Virus record (IMG/VR): IMGVR_UViG_3300020431_000444
Span: 1 to 29,403 of that record
Reading direction: 5' to 3' (one strand)
DNA: 29,403 nucleotides
Source: a virus
Taxonomy: Duplodnaviria; Caudoviricetes
Both the position numbers and the translations under genes were made by a program. The notes under the pieces are model-generated. The model searched no databases. It was not told where the DNA came from and worked only from the letters and a program-made list of their open reading frames with translations. Of this stretch, positions 1 through 10,068 are shown in pieces; the stretch's first letter is position 1; the number at the start of each line of letters is the position of its first letter.

Positions 1-670
1 CAAATTTAATTGCATTCACTGCCGCGCCCGACGCTCTCATTGCATGGACAGTCGAGCCATATTGAGGAGCGCCTGACGCGCTTTGCCCATACATCTGACC
101 AATCATTTGCGTTGTTGTCGCATCCGCTGGATTAAAAATTGTGAACCAACCGCTGACATCACCAAACGCTGGCTGAACTGTTTGATTGAGAAAAATTGCT
201 GCGAGGGTAGAAAACGCAAACGTAGTTACTCCACTTGCAGCGGAATATCCCACTTGTTGGTAATCTCCAGAAGTTGAATCGTAGCTTGTCCCGTTATTTA
301 TTGAGGTTCTTATTGCGAGGCCATTCTGTGTCGTACAACGGGCATTGTAATAAAGAGTTGTTGTTTTAGTTAAACCCGTAATTTCTAAAGCGGCTGTACT
401 GCTAAATGTTCCGCTGCTTTTTACTGACCAAGCACCACCACCACTGCTGGGCAAATTTGTGAGCGCAGCTCCGCTAATTGCGGGTAGAGCGCCTGTTAAA
501 TTAGCAGCCGTAAGGTTTGTAACTTGCGAACCGTTTATAGCTGGAAGACCAACCGCATCGGCAGCAATCAAATTGCCATTTGCTGTTCCAACAGTTTTTG
601 TTGCAGCATCACCAACGCCCATACTAGTGCGCGTAGCTGCAAGATCATTTGGATCGAGTGTGATTGACAT
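1..670 (-). CDS. Second tail fibre / receptor-binding protein, truncated at the window edge (not in ORF track)
   Basis: Manual translation from ATG at 670, 3 nt after the tail fibre stop, is open to the window edge (223 codons): MSITLDPNDLAATRTSMGVG...LPAINGSQVTNL...LPAISGAALTNLPSSGGGAW...AAVNAIKF. Gly/Ala/Thr/Ser-rich fibre-type composition. Confidence 0.8.
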   Translation of the reverse strand, partial: MSITLDPNDLAATRTSMGVGDAATKTVGTANGNLIAADAVGLPAINGSQVTNLTAANLTGALPAISGAALTNLPSSGGGAWSVKSSGTFSSTAALEITGLTKTTTLYYNARCTTQNGLAIRTSINNGTSYDSTSGDYQQVGYSAASGVTTFAFSTLAAIFLNQTVQPAFGDVSGWFTIFNPADATTTQMIGQMYGQSASGAPQYGSTVHAMRASGAAVNAIKF

Positions 671-673
671 TAA

Positions 674-2509
674 TTATGCTCCTATTAGATGCCAAGTAGC
701 ACCCGATTGTATTGTGATTGAAGACCCGTTGGTTATGCTGAGTGGCCCAGCGGTCATGCCGTTATTACCAGTGGTAATTGTTAAAGCGGCATTCCCTGAT
801 AATTGATTGGCGTTTAGTCTGATTAGTGATTCTTCACCCGCTGTGCCACCGTCTAGACCTGGGCCACCGCCACTTGCAGCGTTTTGGAATGTCGGAGCGC
901 CAGATGAATTAGCAGTCAATACCTGACCAGCAGAACCCGCTGTCGTAGACTGTATGTCGCCAGTAGCGTTACCTATTAAAACGCCGTTTAACGTATGGCT
1001 ACTTTGACCAGTACCACCGTGCAAAACACTTAGATCAGTAGATAAAGTTAATCCGGTAGCTGATAGAATTCCTGCATCACTCAGTAAAACATTTGAGTCT
1101 TGGATAGTTTTTCCTGTAGTGCCGTCTGTTCTAACAAGTCTATTATCTACTGTTGATGAGACACTGCTTGTGACATCGCCTGATCCGCTTCCGCTCGCTC
1201 CGGTTGCGCCCTGTGGTATGCTAAAATCTAGAACAGCATTAGATGACGTTCCTGTATTTGTAACAGTAACTACACTACCTGGAGCGCCTGTTGCTACGTT
1301 TCCGACAGACACACTAGCCGCACTGCCAGTAGCTCCACTTGGGCCAGTGGCTCCTGCTGGAACTGAAAAATCAAAGACAGCGGCTCCAGTAGTACCACTA
1401 TTAACCACTGAAGCAGCAGACCCAGCGGCTCCCGTGGTCGTTGTGCCGACATTAATTGTTGCTGCTGGTCCTTGAACCCCTTGCGCCCCAGTGGCTCCAA
1501 CGGGTCCGGTGGCTCCCACTTGGCCGAGATCGCCCGTCCTCGAAAAAGTGATACGAAGTGATGTGTCTTCGTTGAACGTAGTGCCCGCTATGAAATGAGA
1601 ATCCAGATGATCGCAAAGCAGTTCAACGTGGCCTACTCTGTCGGTTAGCCCAAGCACGTTATAGATGGCATAGTTTTGAGTGCTTGGCTCAACGATTCTG
1701 ATGTAGCCTTTGACCGTGCTTGTGCTATCGTCCCAGCTTTTTATCCAGTCTTCAATGTCCGGTGTTCCGCTGTCGAATGTCTTTTCGTTGATAATCACAA
1801 TCGTCGCAGCGGACGCGACACTATTGTTAAATCTTAAAAACGAAACTCCTGGGTCCGCAACTGTCGTCGTCGCGCTGAATTTGTATCTAGGTGCAAGAAT
1901 AGCAACTTCGTTTGCGGCTTCTGTGGCACTGACGGCACTTGCTGTCGCACTGTTTGCAGAGTTAGTTTCCGAAACAGCAGCCGCAGCTTGGCTTGCAGCG
2001 GCAGCAGCAGCCTGGGCGGCGTTGTTGCTAAGAGTGCTGTCTACAAAAGCTTTCGTTGCAGCGTCTTGGGCGTCTGTAGGGTCAAGTACGTTCTGAATAC
2101 GCTTATTTTGTGCGTTAAAATTATTCGTACCATCAAGAGAAAGATTAAGTGCTGCATCATCTGCTGCTTCTTGAACAGCAAACAAGAATTGATTTGTATT
2201 TGTGTTTAGGTCAGAAGCTTTTAGAGTTGAGCTGTTAGAATAAACAACAGTTGCATTATCTATTGGTGTATTACGCAACATTTTAATAGTTACGTTATTG
2301 GGGTTAGAAGAGTCAGAAGTTTTAACAATCTGAACTGTAGTGCCCCCAGTCAGCACTGTTGCGGTAAATAGAGATGCAGAATCAGTAGTGACAACGCCAT
2401 CCACATAGAAAATTAAATGGCTTTCGTTAATGTAGGAAAATGGGATATTAAAAACGTTTGTTGACCCATCTACACTGCTTGCGTTTATTGTATGGGATGC
2501 GTTAGGCAT
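674..2509 (-). CDS. Tail fibre protein (T7 gp17-like N-terminal anchor) with collagen-like repeats
   Basis: N-terminal FNIPFSYI...RNTP...LKASDLNTNTNQFLFAVQEAAD resembles the gp17 anchor; Ala-rich helix; G-X-Y runs; follows the gp16-like gene. Confidence 0.9.
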   Translation of the reverse strand: MPNASHTINASSVDGSTNVFNIPFSYINESHLIFYVDGVVTTDSASLFTATVLTGGTTVQIVKTSDSSNPNNVTIKMLRNTPIDNATVVYSNSSTLKASDLNTNTNQFLFAVQEAADDAALNLSLDGTNNFNAQNKRIQNVLDPTDAQDAATKAFVDSTLSNNAAQAAAAAASQAAAAVSETNSANSATASAVSATEAANEVAILAPRYKFSATTTVADPGVSFLRFNNSVASAATIVIINEKTFDSGTPDIEDWIKSWDDSTSTVKGYIRIVEPSTQNYAIYNVLGLTDRVGHVELLCDHLDSHFIAGTTFNEDTSLRITFSRTGDLGQVGATGPVGATGAQGVQGPAATINVGTTTTGAAGSAASVVNSGTTGAAVFDFSVPAGATGPSGATGSAASVSVGNVATGAPGSVVTVTNTGTSSNAVLDFSIPQGATGASGSGSGDVTSSVSSTVDNRLVRTDGTTGKTIQDSNVLLSDAGILSATGLTLSTDLSVLHGGTGQSSHTLNGVLIGNATGDIQSTTAGSAGQVLTANSSGAPTFQNAASGGGPGLDGGTAGEESLIRLNANQLSGNAALTITTGNNGMTAGPLSITNGSSITIQSGATWHLIGA

Positions 2510-2510
2510 T

Positions 2511-5500
2511 TTAGTTTCCTAGTAAATCAGTGAAGGTTTTGGGTACTGATCCTCTTCTTGATTCCAAGGTATCCCGTTTAAATTTGCGGTATTCTTGGTA
2601 GAGTTGTTTCAAAGGTTCTGGGGCACTTGAAAGTCTGCCTTCTCTTAACATTTCTTTTTTGGCTCTATCTCTGTAGCGGCTGAACATCCGCGACAAAACA
2701 CGCGCCCTTGGACTGTTTTTATGGTCTCTAGTTCCTACCGAAAGGCGTTGATAACTTGGGCTTTGTATAAGGCGTTCTAATCGTTCTCTAAGTGTTTGCC
2801 CGCCTATTTCCACAGTGCTGATGTTGTCTAAATATGTGTCGTACACAGACATGCCGTCACTCAAAAGAACTTGTGAAAAATCTGTTGTTGTTCCCATTGT
2901 TCTGTCTGTAGGGAGTCCAAAGGTTTTCCCAGTAAACCTTCCCATTGCGGAAAGCTCTTCTAAAACAACGTCATTTTTGTCTCTAGTTGATGCCGTAAAC
3001 GGATGCGCTTTTGAAGCCATTCGCATAACAGGCTCGCCAAGAGCATTTCTTTTCACAGGCGCGACAAACCCTCCAATTTCAGCGTTCCAAGCAGAGCGAA
3101 GTCCATCGAGCATAGACCTTGTCTCGCGCATGTAGGGGTCATTATTTAATTGGTTAATAATGTTTGGGCTGAAACTTTTGATAACACCGGATGCAAGAGT
3201 TCCAAGTGATCTTTCAGGACTTATAAGCGCAGTCATAAAATCACTAAGCCCTCGCATATAAGTTTTATTGATTGTGTTTTCACTTACAGCAGTAGCGAGA
3301 CCTAGAAGAATTTCTGAAACTCTGTCTTCTTCACCTGTCTTCCCTTCTAGTAAGGCTTCTTTTCTTAATTCAAAAACATCAGCGGCAATTCCTAAGAAGT
3401 TAGATAGCGGTTCGTACCTCTGATATGGAATATATGAGATTGTTCCATCGTCATCTTCTACCCTAATACTGTAAGGTCGCCATCCTGTAGCTATAAGGTC
3501 TTTTTTGTTTTTTGGGTTAGACGGTCCTGACCCTGTAATAATACCCTGATACGCTAAGAACCCAGCAACGCCTGTGACAGCGTACCCAGTCATTATCTTA
3601 CCACGCGCTTGCGCTTTAATGGATGGATCGTCACTCCGTAAATCTCTTCTAAGCTTGGAGTGTTTTCTTAGTAAGTTTACACCAGGGGCACGCCTGTACG
3701 TTGCAAGTAGCAAGTTTGTTGGCGTTCTAATAAAGGGCAAAATAAAGCGTACATTAGGGTTTTTAACCGCTGCTGCCTGGACAGTAGCAAAGAACCCATC
3801 AAGTTCTGTGGTAAAAGTTGCTTCTCTTGCTATGTCTAAGGCTGCTTTTGAATGTTTATTCAAAGCTGCCCCTGCTTTGGTAGTAGCTAACGCTGCGCCT
3901 GTTTTAGGATCAAAAGCTTCTAGTGATTTAGTCTTGATCCACTCGTTTAATCCTTCTTTTGTAAGCTTTCCATCTGCTATTTGTTTCTGTCCTTCAAACC
4001 ACAAATCAGCGTGTAGTTTACCTCTGTAGGTTGCTTGCTTGAAAAACTCATCAGAAAACAACAACAATCGTGATGGCAACGTGGTTGTTAGGTTTGCCCA
4101 ATTTTTTCCTCTAGTAGATGTGCGTTTAAACTCAGCTAACGAGCTAAACGATACTTTTTCACCTCCAAAAATACCGTCAAGATGTTCAGACTGTTCAACC
4201 TTACCAAGCTGATCTAATACGGCCCTGTCTTCGCGAACAGCAATTCCCGCCATTTTAATTGCTTCAACCATTGATCCGTAAGTGGCACCTAGTTGGCGAA
4301 CCCCGCGCATCGCTTCTGTGCGATTACCGGAAACAGCCCCTCCTACCGCTTGTTCAATAGACAGGAGATTCATGTTTAAGAAGTTGGAGACTGTGTTAAT
4401 TATTTGGGTGTTAGGGCCAGACAGCATGAAGTTAATTCTCAAGCTGTTAAGTCTGTCATAGCGAGTACTCAGCGTTGAAGCACTGGGTATATTCCGGTGA
4501 CCACCTTGTTCAGCCGCTTCCCGCACATCCCGCATGTATGACAACAATGCAGAGCGTGATCTGCCTGTCTTAGCAATTAATGAGTTATTAAGTGCTACAT
4601 TTTCTTTGTGAACCATTTTTTGAGCGTTTAATGCTCTGGCAACTGCTTTAACTTGTCCCCTGTAGATTCCTTCAAGGTTTGCATACAGTTCTGTCATGCC
4701 AGCAACGTCTAATTCAAACTCATCGGCAGAATCCCACCCAAGTTCTTTTAGTTTGTCATCATCAATGGCCCCTTCAGCTCTGCGAATATATATTTTTGAA
4801 ATTTCAGCAATGTGCTTTGCCATTGTATCTACAAATTGACCTTTGGCTCCCAAGTCAGCAGCAAGCTTTGTATAGTCATTTGGAGATAACTGAGAAAACC
4901 TATCCAACAAATCTTTAGGGCTGTGCTTATATATCTTTGCTAATGTAGTTGCGTGGCCGTTTATTGATTGCCGTACTTCACTGTGGCGTTGGACATTACC
5001 TCCAGCCAGTTTTGCATATTGAGTTTGGAATGCTTCACCAACAGTTATAAGAACATCTTGAATATCGTCGTTATCTGTGACGACTCTGAGACTACGGGAA
5101 AACTCTGCTGCTGCCCTTTCCCGTGCCTGAAAAGTTCCAGCCGTGTCTGACTGAGATGCACCAGGAACGTAGTCATCTCCAGTCATATTCATGCGTATGC
5201 CTGAACCTTCTAAAACTTTACTTACTAATTCTTTAGTAGTTTTGAAGTGTGGGCTATTTGGATTTCTTAGGCTCTGGTCATAGTCCCGCATATCCTTGTG
5301 TTCATTAAGTTTGCGGGCATGTTTTTCACCTGAAGTTTCAGGTATTAATTCTCCCTGGCCTGATTCGTCAAACCTGTGTGTTATCTCTTCTAAATCAGGG
5401 TTGTCGGGTATTTCATCTTTAGGAGTAGGTGTTGCGTCTAGTGCTTCTTGTTGACGCGCTAACGATGCGTTGTTTTCATCCAGCGCCCCTTTTGCTAAAG

Positions 5501-6440
5501 ATTTTTCAGCTTTGTCGGCAAGTTCGTTAGCTTCCTCTACATTGCCTTTCATTAAATGGCTTTTGGCTCTAAAGGCGTAGACAACACCCTCGATTACCCC
5601 GCCTAGTACAACACCTTCTAATGACGTTTTAGCTCTATTGATAAATTCATTGTCATCAGGGTTTGTCATTAACCCTTCTGTTATGGCGTTATCCACTCCC
5701 ATGCCGTGTAGCCAATTAGAGAGGTTGCCGTCTGATCCTTCAAAAGCAGTAAAATCAGCAATGGCTCCGCGCACCATTCCTTCTCGGATTTTCTGTCCAG
5801 CAGTTACCCCGCGAAGTTTCTTACGCACAAGCCTGTCGGCTGCTTCTTGGGATACTCCTCGTTTCTGCGCTGCCTTAGCAGTTCCGTTTTTAATTAACGT
5901 TGAGGCTTTAGCAAATTTACCTGGACCTACAAATCCAACAATAAATTGAGTTATCCCTGAAACACCACTTCCTACAACAGTTTCAGGTGCGCCGACAAAA
6001 TCACTTGCATGATTACCAAAGCTCCAATCAGTGCCCTCTTTTATTGACTTAGTTACATCTTCACCTGACCAGACTTTAGGATCAAAGTTCCCATCTGAAT
6101 CAAAAAGTGAAACAGTTCCTATGTTTTCAGATAGCCACTGTGCGGGGGTATCTGCGAGGCTTATTATTGCCTCACCCGCTTTTGCTACACCGTGGAACAC
6201 ACCTTGTATAGTATCCCCAGTGTCATACCACGAACCCCCGTCATCTTCTGGCTCTACTGGCTCAGTTGATACTGGAGTGGCAGCTTGCGGTGTTTCACTT
6301 ATGCCATACGCTTTAAAAACAGATTCAGCAGAACCTTCGCCGTAGACCGAATTGAAGGCTTCTTTATATTTTTGAGGGTTTTGTCTAAGTAGATTTATGC
6401 TTTCATCCATTTCCTTGTCACGGGTAGCGGAATCAGCCAC
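2511..6440 (-). CDS. Internal virion (ejection) protein, T7 gp16-like
   Basis: 1309 aa, GTG start with AGGAGA SD, syntenic before tail fibre; DEFFKQ, PFIRTPTN and GIITGSGP...GWRPYS motifs typical of marine T7-like large core proteins. Confidence 0.8.
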   Translation of the reverse strand: MADSATRDKEMDESINLLRQNPQKYKEAFNSVYGEGSAESVFKAYGISETPQAATPVSTEPVEPEDDGGSWYDTGDTIQGVFHGVAKAGEAIISLADTPAQWLSENIGTVSLFDSDGNFDPKVWSGEDVTKSIKEGTDWSFGNHASDFVGAPETVVGSGVSGITQFIVGFVGPGKFAKASTLIKNGTAKAAQKRGVSQEAADRLVRKKLRGVTAGQKIREGMVRGAIADFTAFEGSDGNLSNWLHGMGVDNAITEGLMTNPDDNEFINRAKTSLEGVVLGGVIEGVVYAFRAKSHLMKGNVEEANELADKAEKSLAKGALDENNASLARQQEALDATPTPKDEIPDNPDLEEITHRFDESGQGELIPETSGEKHARKLNEHKDMRDYDQSLRNPNSPHFKTTKELVSKVLEGSGIRMNMTGDDYVPGASQSDTAGTFQARERAAAEFSRSLRVVTDNDDIQDVLITVGEAFQTQYAKLAGGNVQRHSEVRQSINGHATTLAKIYKHSPKDLLDRFSQLSPNDYTKLAADLGAKGQFVDTMAKHIAEISKIYIRRAEGAIDDDKLKELGWDSADEFELDVAGMTELYANLEGIYRGQVKAVARALNAQKMVHKENVALNNSLIAKTGRSRSALLSYMRDVREAAEQGGHRNIPSASTLSTRYDRLNSLRINFMLSGPNTQIINTVSNFLNMNLLSIEQAVGGAVSGNRTEAMRGVRQLGATYGSMVEAIKMAGIAVREDRAVLDQLGKVEQSEHLDGIFGGEKVSFSSLAEFKRTSTRGKNWANLTTTLPSRLLLFSDEFFKQATYRGKLHADLWFEGQKQIADGKLTKEGLNEWIKTKSLEAFDPKTGAALATTKAGAALNKHSKAALDIAREATFTTELDGFFATVQAAAVKNPNVRFILPFIRTPTNLLLATYRRAPGVNLLRKHSKLRRDLRSDDPSIKAQARGKIMTGYAVTGVAGFLAYQGIITGSGPSNPKNKKDLIATGWRPYSIRVEDDDGTISYIPYQRYEPLSNFLGIAADVFELRKEALLEGKTGEEDRVSEILLGLATAVSENTINKTYMRGLSDFMTALISPERSLGTLASGVIKSFSPNIINQLNNDPYMRETRSMLDGLRSAWNAEIGGFVAPVKRNALGEPVMRMASKAHPFTASTRDKNDVVLEELSAMGRFTGKTFGLPTDRTMGTTTDFSQVLLSDGMSVYDTYLDNISTVEIGGQTLRERLERLIQSPSYQRLSVGTRDHKNSPRARVLSRMFSRYRDRAKKEMLREGRLSSAPEPLKQLYQEYRKFKRDTLESRRGSVPKTFTDLLGN
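3339..3357 (-). promoter_or_regulatory. Candidate promoter, motif A (AGCCTTACTAGAAGGGAAG)
   Basis: 18/19 identical to 17922-17940; within the gp16-like gene, upstream of the tail fibre genes. Confidence 0.7.
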
Positions 6441-8926
6441 TAAGTTTCTCCTGTGTTTAGTGCTTCAGAAACAGGTTTGAATAAATCGTCAAAATAAGCT
6501 GGTTGCATACCAAAGACACTTAGATCAAAGAACCTATCAAAAAGGTTTCGTATTTGCTCTTCGTCAATCTTGATTTCGGACGGAGTAGTGCCTGTTTTCT
6601 TTCTTTTATTGTGGACGCCACTGTAAGTGTCCGTTAATTCAACGAGTCCCCTGCTTCTTACTTTATTTAGGAATTCCATAAATTGTGAAATTTGATATGG
6701 GGATATAGATGGAACACCTGTGCGACCCGATTTTCCACGTATTAACTTTCTACTTTCTTCACTGTAAGTATCCATTAAATTATCAACATCAGTTTCAATA
6801 TTTAATGGGTCAGTTGGAGTAGGTGTAGGAACCTTTTTGGTTACAGGTGGAGTTACTGCTGTGCTAGTTGAATCTTCTGTCCCACCTGTATTCCTCAATC
6901 CTAGCTTCTCTAACATAGCATTAGCTTGATCCGTTGCAACTAACATAGCTACTGGGTTAGAGTTGTTTTTCGTTTCTTCTTTTTGTAACCATTTTTCGAC
7001 ATCTTCTTTAGTCCTTGAATTGCCTAAGTCTTCGGGAATTACTATTGATTTCTTTTTGTTATCAGTAGCAGTAGTATCAGTAGCAGTAGGTTTATTTTCA
7101 GGCGCAACAACTTCAAATCGTTCTAACACATCATATATTGCCGCTGGGGATGTACCTCCTTCAAACGCGCTAGTCCATAGCTCTTCTCCTTTAATCCCTT
7201 TTTCGCCTGCTATGTAGGCTTCTTTACCTTTTGCAATTTTGCGTAATTCAAAATTCAGATCAATAGAACTTTCTAACGCTTCTTTCATAGCAGCATTATA
7301 TAACTTTCTTACATCTGAAATTTCCTCAATATTATATTTCTTATTATCAAATGTAATTAACCCATCTTCTGAGTTAATAAGAAGTTGATTTAAACTATCT
7401 ACTATATGTAAATATTTATTGTTTATTATAGACCCTAAAGCACTTTTATCCCCTATCTCGTTGTATTTAAAAGTTTGTAACAAACCTTTAGTTGAGTTCT
7501 TAAATGGTGTAAACTTGGACATAATACTTCGGTCGTTTAACGAGCCTTTAGCGTATGTCGTTAGTGTTTTTACATCTATTCCCACATAGTCATTTGAAGC
7601 GAGCATCTCTTGAATATGTCGTTGAATATCAGTTTCGCCTAATATTGCATTCGTTCTTATTCTTTTATCTATCTCAATTCTAGCTTTCACAGTGTTTGCA
7701 TCTATTTCAAGCTTAGTCAGCGGAGTATTGTTGTTTTGTGCATAATTAGCAGCATTAATCTCCGAGGTACGAGCATTGTTATTAATTTTATTTAATTCTT
7801 CGTTTAATTTGCCCGCGTTAACGTTAGGGTTGTCTTTTTCGTACTCTTTTACCCACGCTCTTATTTCTCTAGGAGTAAATATATAACCAATTGGCTTAGA
7901 TGATGTATACTCAAAGAATTTCTCTTCTGCGGTTTCGTTTGCGGCTTTCTCTTCTGCCGCCTCCAATCTAAGTTTATCTAATTGTTCTTTTCTAGCGTCT
8001 TCTTGTATGGTTTCAATTTTAGTTTCTATTTTTTCTTGTTCTTGAATATTTAATCCAGATGGACTTGTCTTTATTTTCCCGTCAATTACTTCCACACGGC
8101 CAAATAAATTTTGGTTACTTAGTAACATCGCGGTTTTTAATAATTTTATGCCTTCATCACCTCCTGTAATTTCAGCAAAATCTATAAGGTCTTCAAAAAA
8201 TTCCTGACGAAGAGTTTCCGCATCTTTACCACTCTGTTTAGTGTGTATTGTTGTTTGCAATATTCTCCAAGCATTAGTAATTTTTTCAGAAGGAGTTGTT
8301 GTTTCATCTGCAAATATATTAGCACGCTGAATTTTGTCTTCCTCTTGGAACTGTTCTTGCGCTCGTTTCCTTGTAAAACTGGCATGTTGAGAAAGGAGGT
8401 TGGCACTTGTTTGCTGTATGGTTGGTGCAGCGCCCGCAACAAAATGCGGATTGTCCCCTAACGTATTCATGTAATCCTGAGTTTTCTTGGATAGCCACTC
8501 AGGAAGACTTGTGATACTGGCTTTTTCTTTTTCGTACTCAGCTTTGAGGTTAGATTGCCATCTTATGCTGTGGTTGTACCCTAGTTTTTCATTAAACACT
8601 GCTTGGAAAAGAGGGCTTCGATCAGGATGTAAATATTCCGCGCTCTGGGTTTCGATATTGCCAGGAGTCAGTTGGTGAAGCAGTGCTTCTCTAGTTGCGC
8701 TGGCTTTATCTTTTTTATCCTGTTTTTGCTGCCATATTTTTTCTTGTTTGTTGGTCTCGTTAATAGCAACACCAAGTGCGGCTTTTAGTTCTTTTGTTGA
8801 TTTTGCTTCATCCCCGTACACTTCTGCTGAATACTGAGGTTTCACCTGGACAAAAGTATCTACAGGTGTCCTGAGATTACGCATACGGCGCACTTCAGGC
8901 ACGGCTATTGTTCGTCTAGGAGCCAT
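6440..8926 (-). CDS. Internal virion protein, T7 gp15-like position
   Basis: 828 aa charged, helical-looking protein between the gp14-like and gp16-like genes; called mainly by synteny. Confidence 0.65.
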   Translation of the reverse strand: MAPRRTIAVPEVRRMRNLRTPVDTFVQVKPQYSAEVYGDEAKSTKELKAALGVAINETNKQEKIWQQKQDKKDKASATREALLHQLTPGNIETQSAEYLHPDRSPLFQAVFNEKLGYNHSIRWQSNLKAEYEKEKASITSLPEWLSKKTQDYMNTLGDNPHFVAGAAPTIQQTSANLLSQHASFTRKRAQEQFQEEDKIQRANIFADETTTPSEKITNAWRILQTTIHTKQSGKDAETLRQEFFEDLIDFAEITGGDEGIKLLKTAMLLSNQNLFGRVEVIDGKIKTSPSGLNIQEQEKIETKIETIQEDARKEQLDKLRLEAAEEKAANETAEEKFFEYTSSKPIGYIFTPREIRAWVKEYEKDNPNVNAGKLNEELNKINNNARTSEINAANYAQNNNTPLTKLEIDANTVKARIEIDKRIRTNAILGETDIQRHIQEMLASNDYVGIDVKTLTTYAKGSLNDRSIMSKFTPFKNSTKGLLQTFKYNEIGDKSALGSIINNKYLHIVDSLNQLLINSEDGLITFDNKKYNIEEISDVRKLYNAAMKEALESSIDLNFELRKIAKGKEAYIAGEKGIKGEELWTSAFEGGTSPAAIYDVLERFEVVAPENKPTATDTTATDNKKKSIVIPEDLGNSRTKEDVEKWLQKEETKNNSNPVAMLVATDQANAMLEKLGLRNTGGTEDSTSTAVTPPVTKKVPTPTPTDPLNIETDVDNLMDTYSEESRKLIRGKSGRTGVPSISPYQISQFMEFLNKVRSRGLVELTDTYSGVHNKRKKTGTTPSEIKIDEEQIRNLFDRFFDLSVFGMQPAYFDDLFKPVSEALNTGET

Positions 8927-8948
8927 TATATTTACCTGTAAATGTTAA

Positions 8949-9557
8949 TTAACGTATGTGCGGATTAGGTGTTCTGGATGATCTTGTAGACCCCAACCCA
9001 AATGCCTTTTTAAAGCCGCCCTTTTTTTCTGCAAACGTGTTTACAGAGGCACCTATTTCTAATGCAGTACCTAGGGGACTTGGGCCTGACACAAATGGCA
9101 TTAATCTGTTATCTTCTATACGAGAAGCTTCTTTAGCTTTTAATCTTCGCTTATTGGCTTCTAGCTGGTCTCCGACCTGTGCCATTTCTTCTAGAGCATT
9201 TTGTTCACTTCGGAAGCCAGCAGCATTAAGCTCATCAAACGCTTCGACAACAGAGCCAGCTAAGTTAAGACCCGCACCTGATGCTGAGACTAACAACTCC
9301 GCTGCTGTTGCACGGCTTGCTAGTTCGTTCTCAAATGCATCTTCTAGTAACCGCTGGTTTTCTATACGTGCTTGATCTTCTAAATCTTCACGTTCTTCAT
9401 TTGCAGAAACCCTGGCCCTCATATCTGAAGCTATTCGAGCCTTATTGTCAGAGTCTATTTTTGAATTTCTGGCATCTGCCTCTGCTTGCGAAGCGACAAA
9501 CCCAGCTCCAGCAGACGCTATGGAGAGTGCAAGTCCTATACTAGCGGGTTCGCACAT
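8949..9557 (-). CDS. Internal virion protein, T7 gp14-like
   Basis: MCEPASIGLALSIASAG hydrophobic N-terminus, Ala/Glu-rich coiled coil, 202 aa, syntenic. Confidence 0.8.
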   Translation of the reverse strand: MCEPASIGLALSIASAGAGFVASQAEADARNSKIDSDNKARIASDMRARVSANEEREDLEDQARIENQRLLEDAFENELASRATAAELLVSASGAGLNLAGSVVEAFDELNAAGFRSEQNALEEMAQVGDQLEANKRRLKAKEASRIEDNRLMPFVSGPSPLGTALEIGASVNTFAEKKGGFKKAFGLGSTRSSRTPNPHIR

Positions 9558-9561
9558 TCTA

Positions 9562-10068
9562 TTATCCTATTTTTGCAAATTCATAGAAGTCTTTTTGATA
9601 TGGTCCGTATGGGCATTTTCTAATAAAAGAAAACCCTAACCATTCAAGCCATCTGTGATGTGTATGGTTTCTGCAATCGGTATAGTTCCAAAGAAGCTTA
9701 TGTTTTAAGTGCAATTCTTTGACATACTTTTTGTTTAACCTCAGGAACGGAACTGTAAACTCTTCTAAAACATCTGTGCCTACCATCCACACTGAACCAT
9801 TAGGAGAAGTTCCAAATATCATAAAAGGTTCTTCTTGTTTGGTAGCAACTTTTAAATAATCAGAATCCATTGCTCCGCGAAACAAACAGTCAAATGCATC
9901 TTTACCAGACGCTGCATGTAATTCGTCCGCGTCACATTTCCTGAGATTATTCGCGAGGTGTGGAATGTCAGATAGTTGGCAATCGCGTATTTTATATTCG
10001 CCTTGTCTTTGGCGTGTACATTGCTTCCCATTCTGTTGAAGAGAATGCGGAGTTGAAAGGTGTTTCAT
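9562..10068 (-). CDS. T7 gp13-like protein (putative GNAT-fold); start uncertain
   Basis: LRKCDADEL, VWMVGTD, LWNYTDCRNHTHHRWLEWLGFSF motifs; lies between tail tubular B and gp14. Confidence 0.75.
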   Translation of the reverse strand: MKHLSTPHSLQQNGKQCTRQRQGEYKIRDCQLSDIPHLANNLRKCDADELHAASGKDAFDCLFRGAMDSDYLKVATKQEEPFMIFGTSPNGSVWMVGTDVLEEFTVPFLRLNKKYVKELHLKHKLLWNYTDCRNHTHHRWLEWLGFSFIRKCPYGPYQKDFYEFAKIG

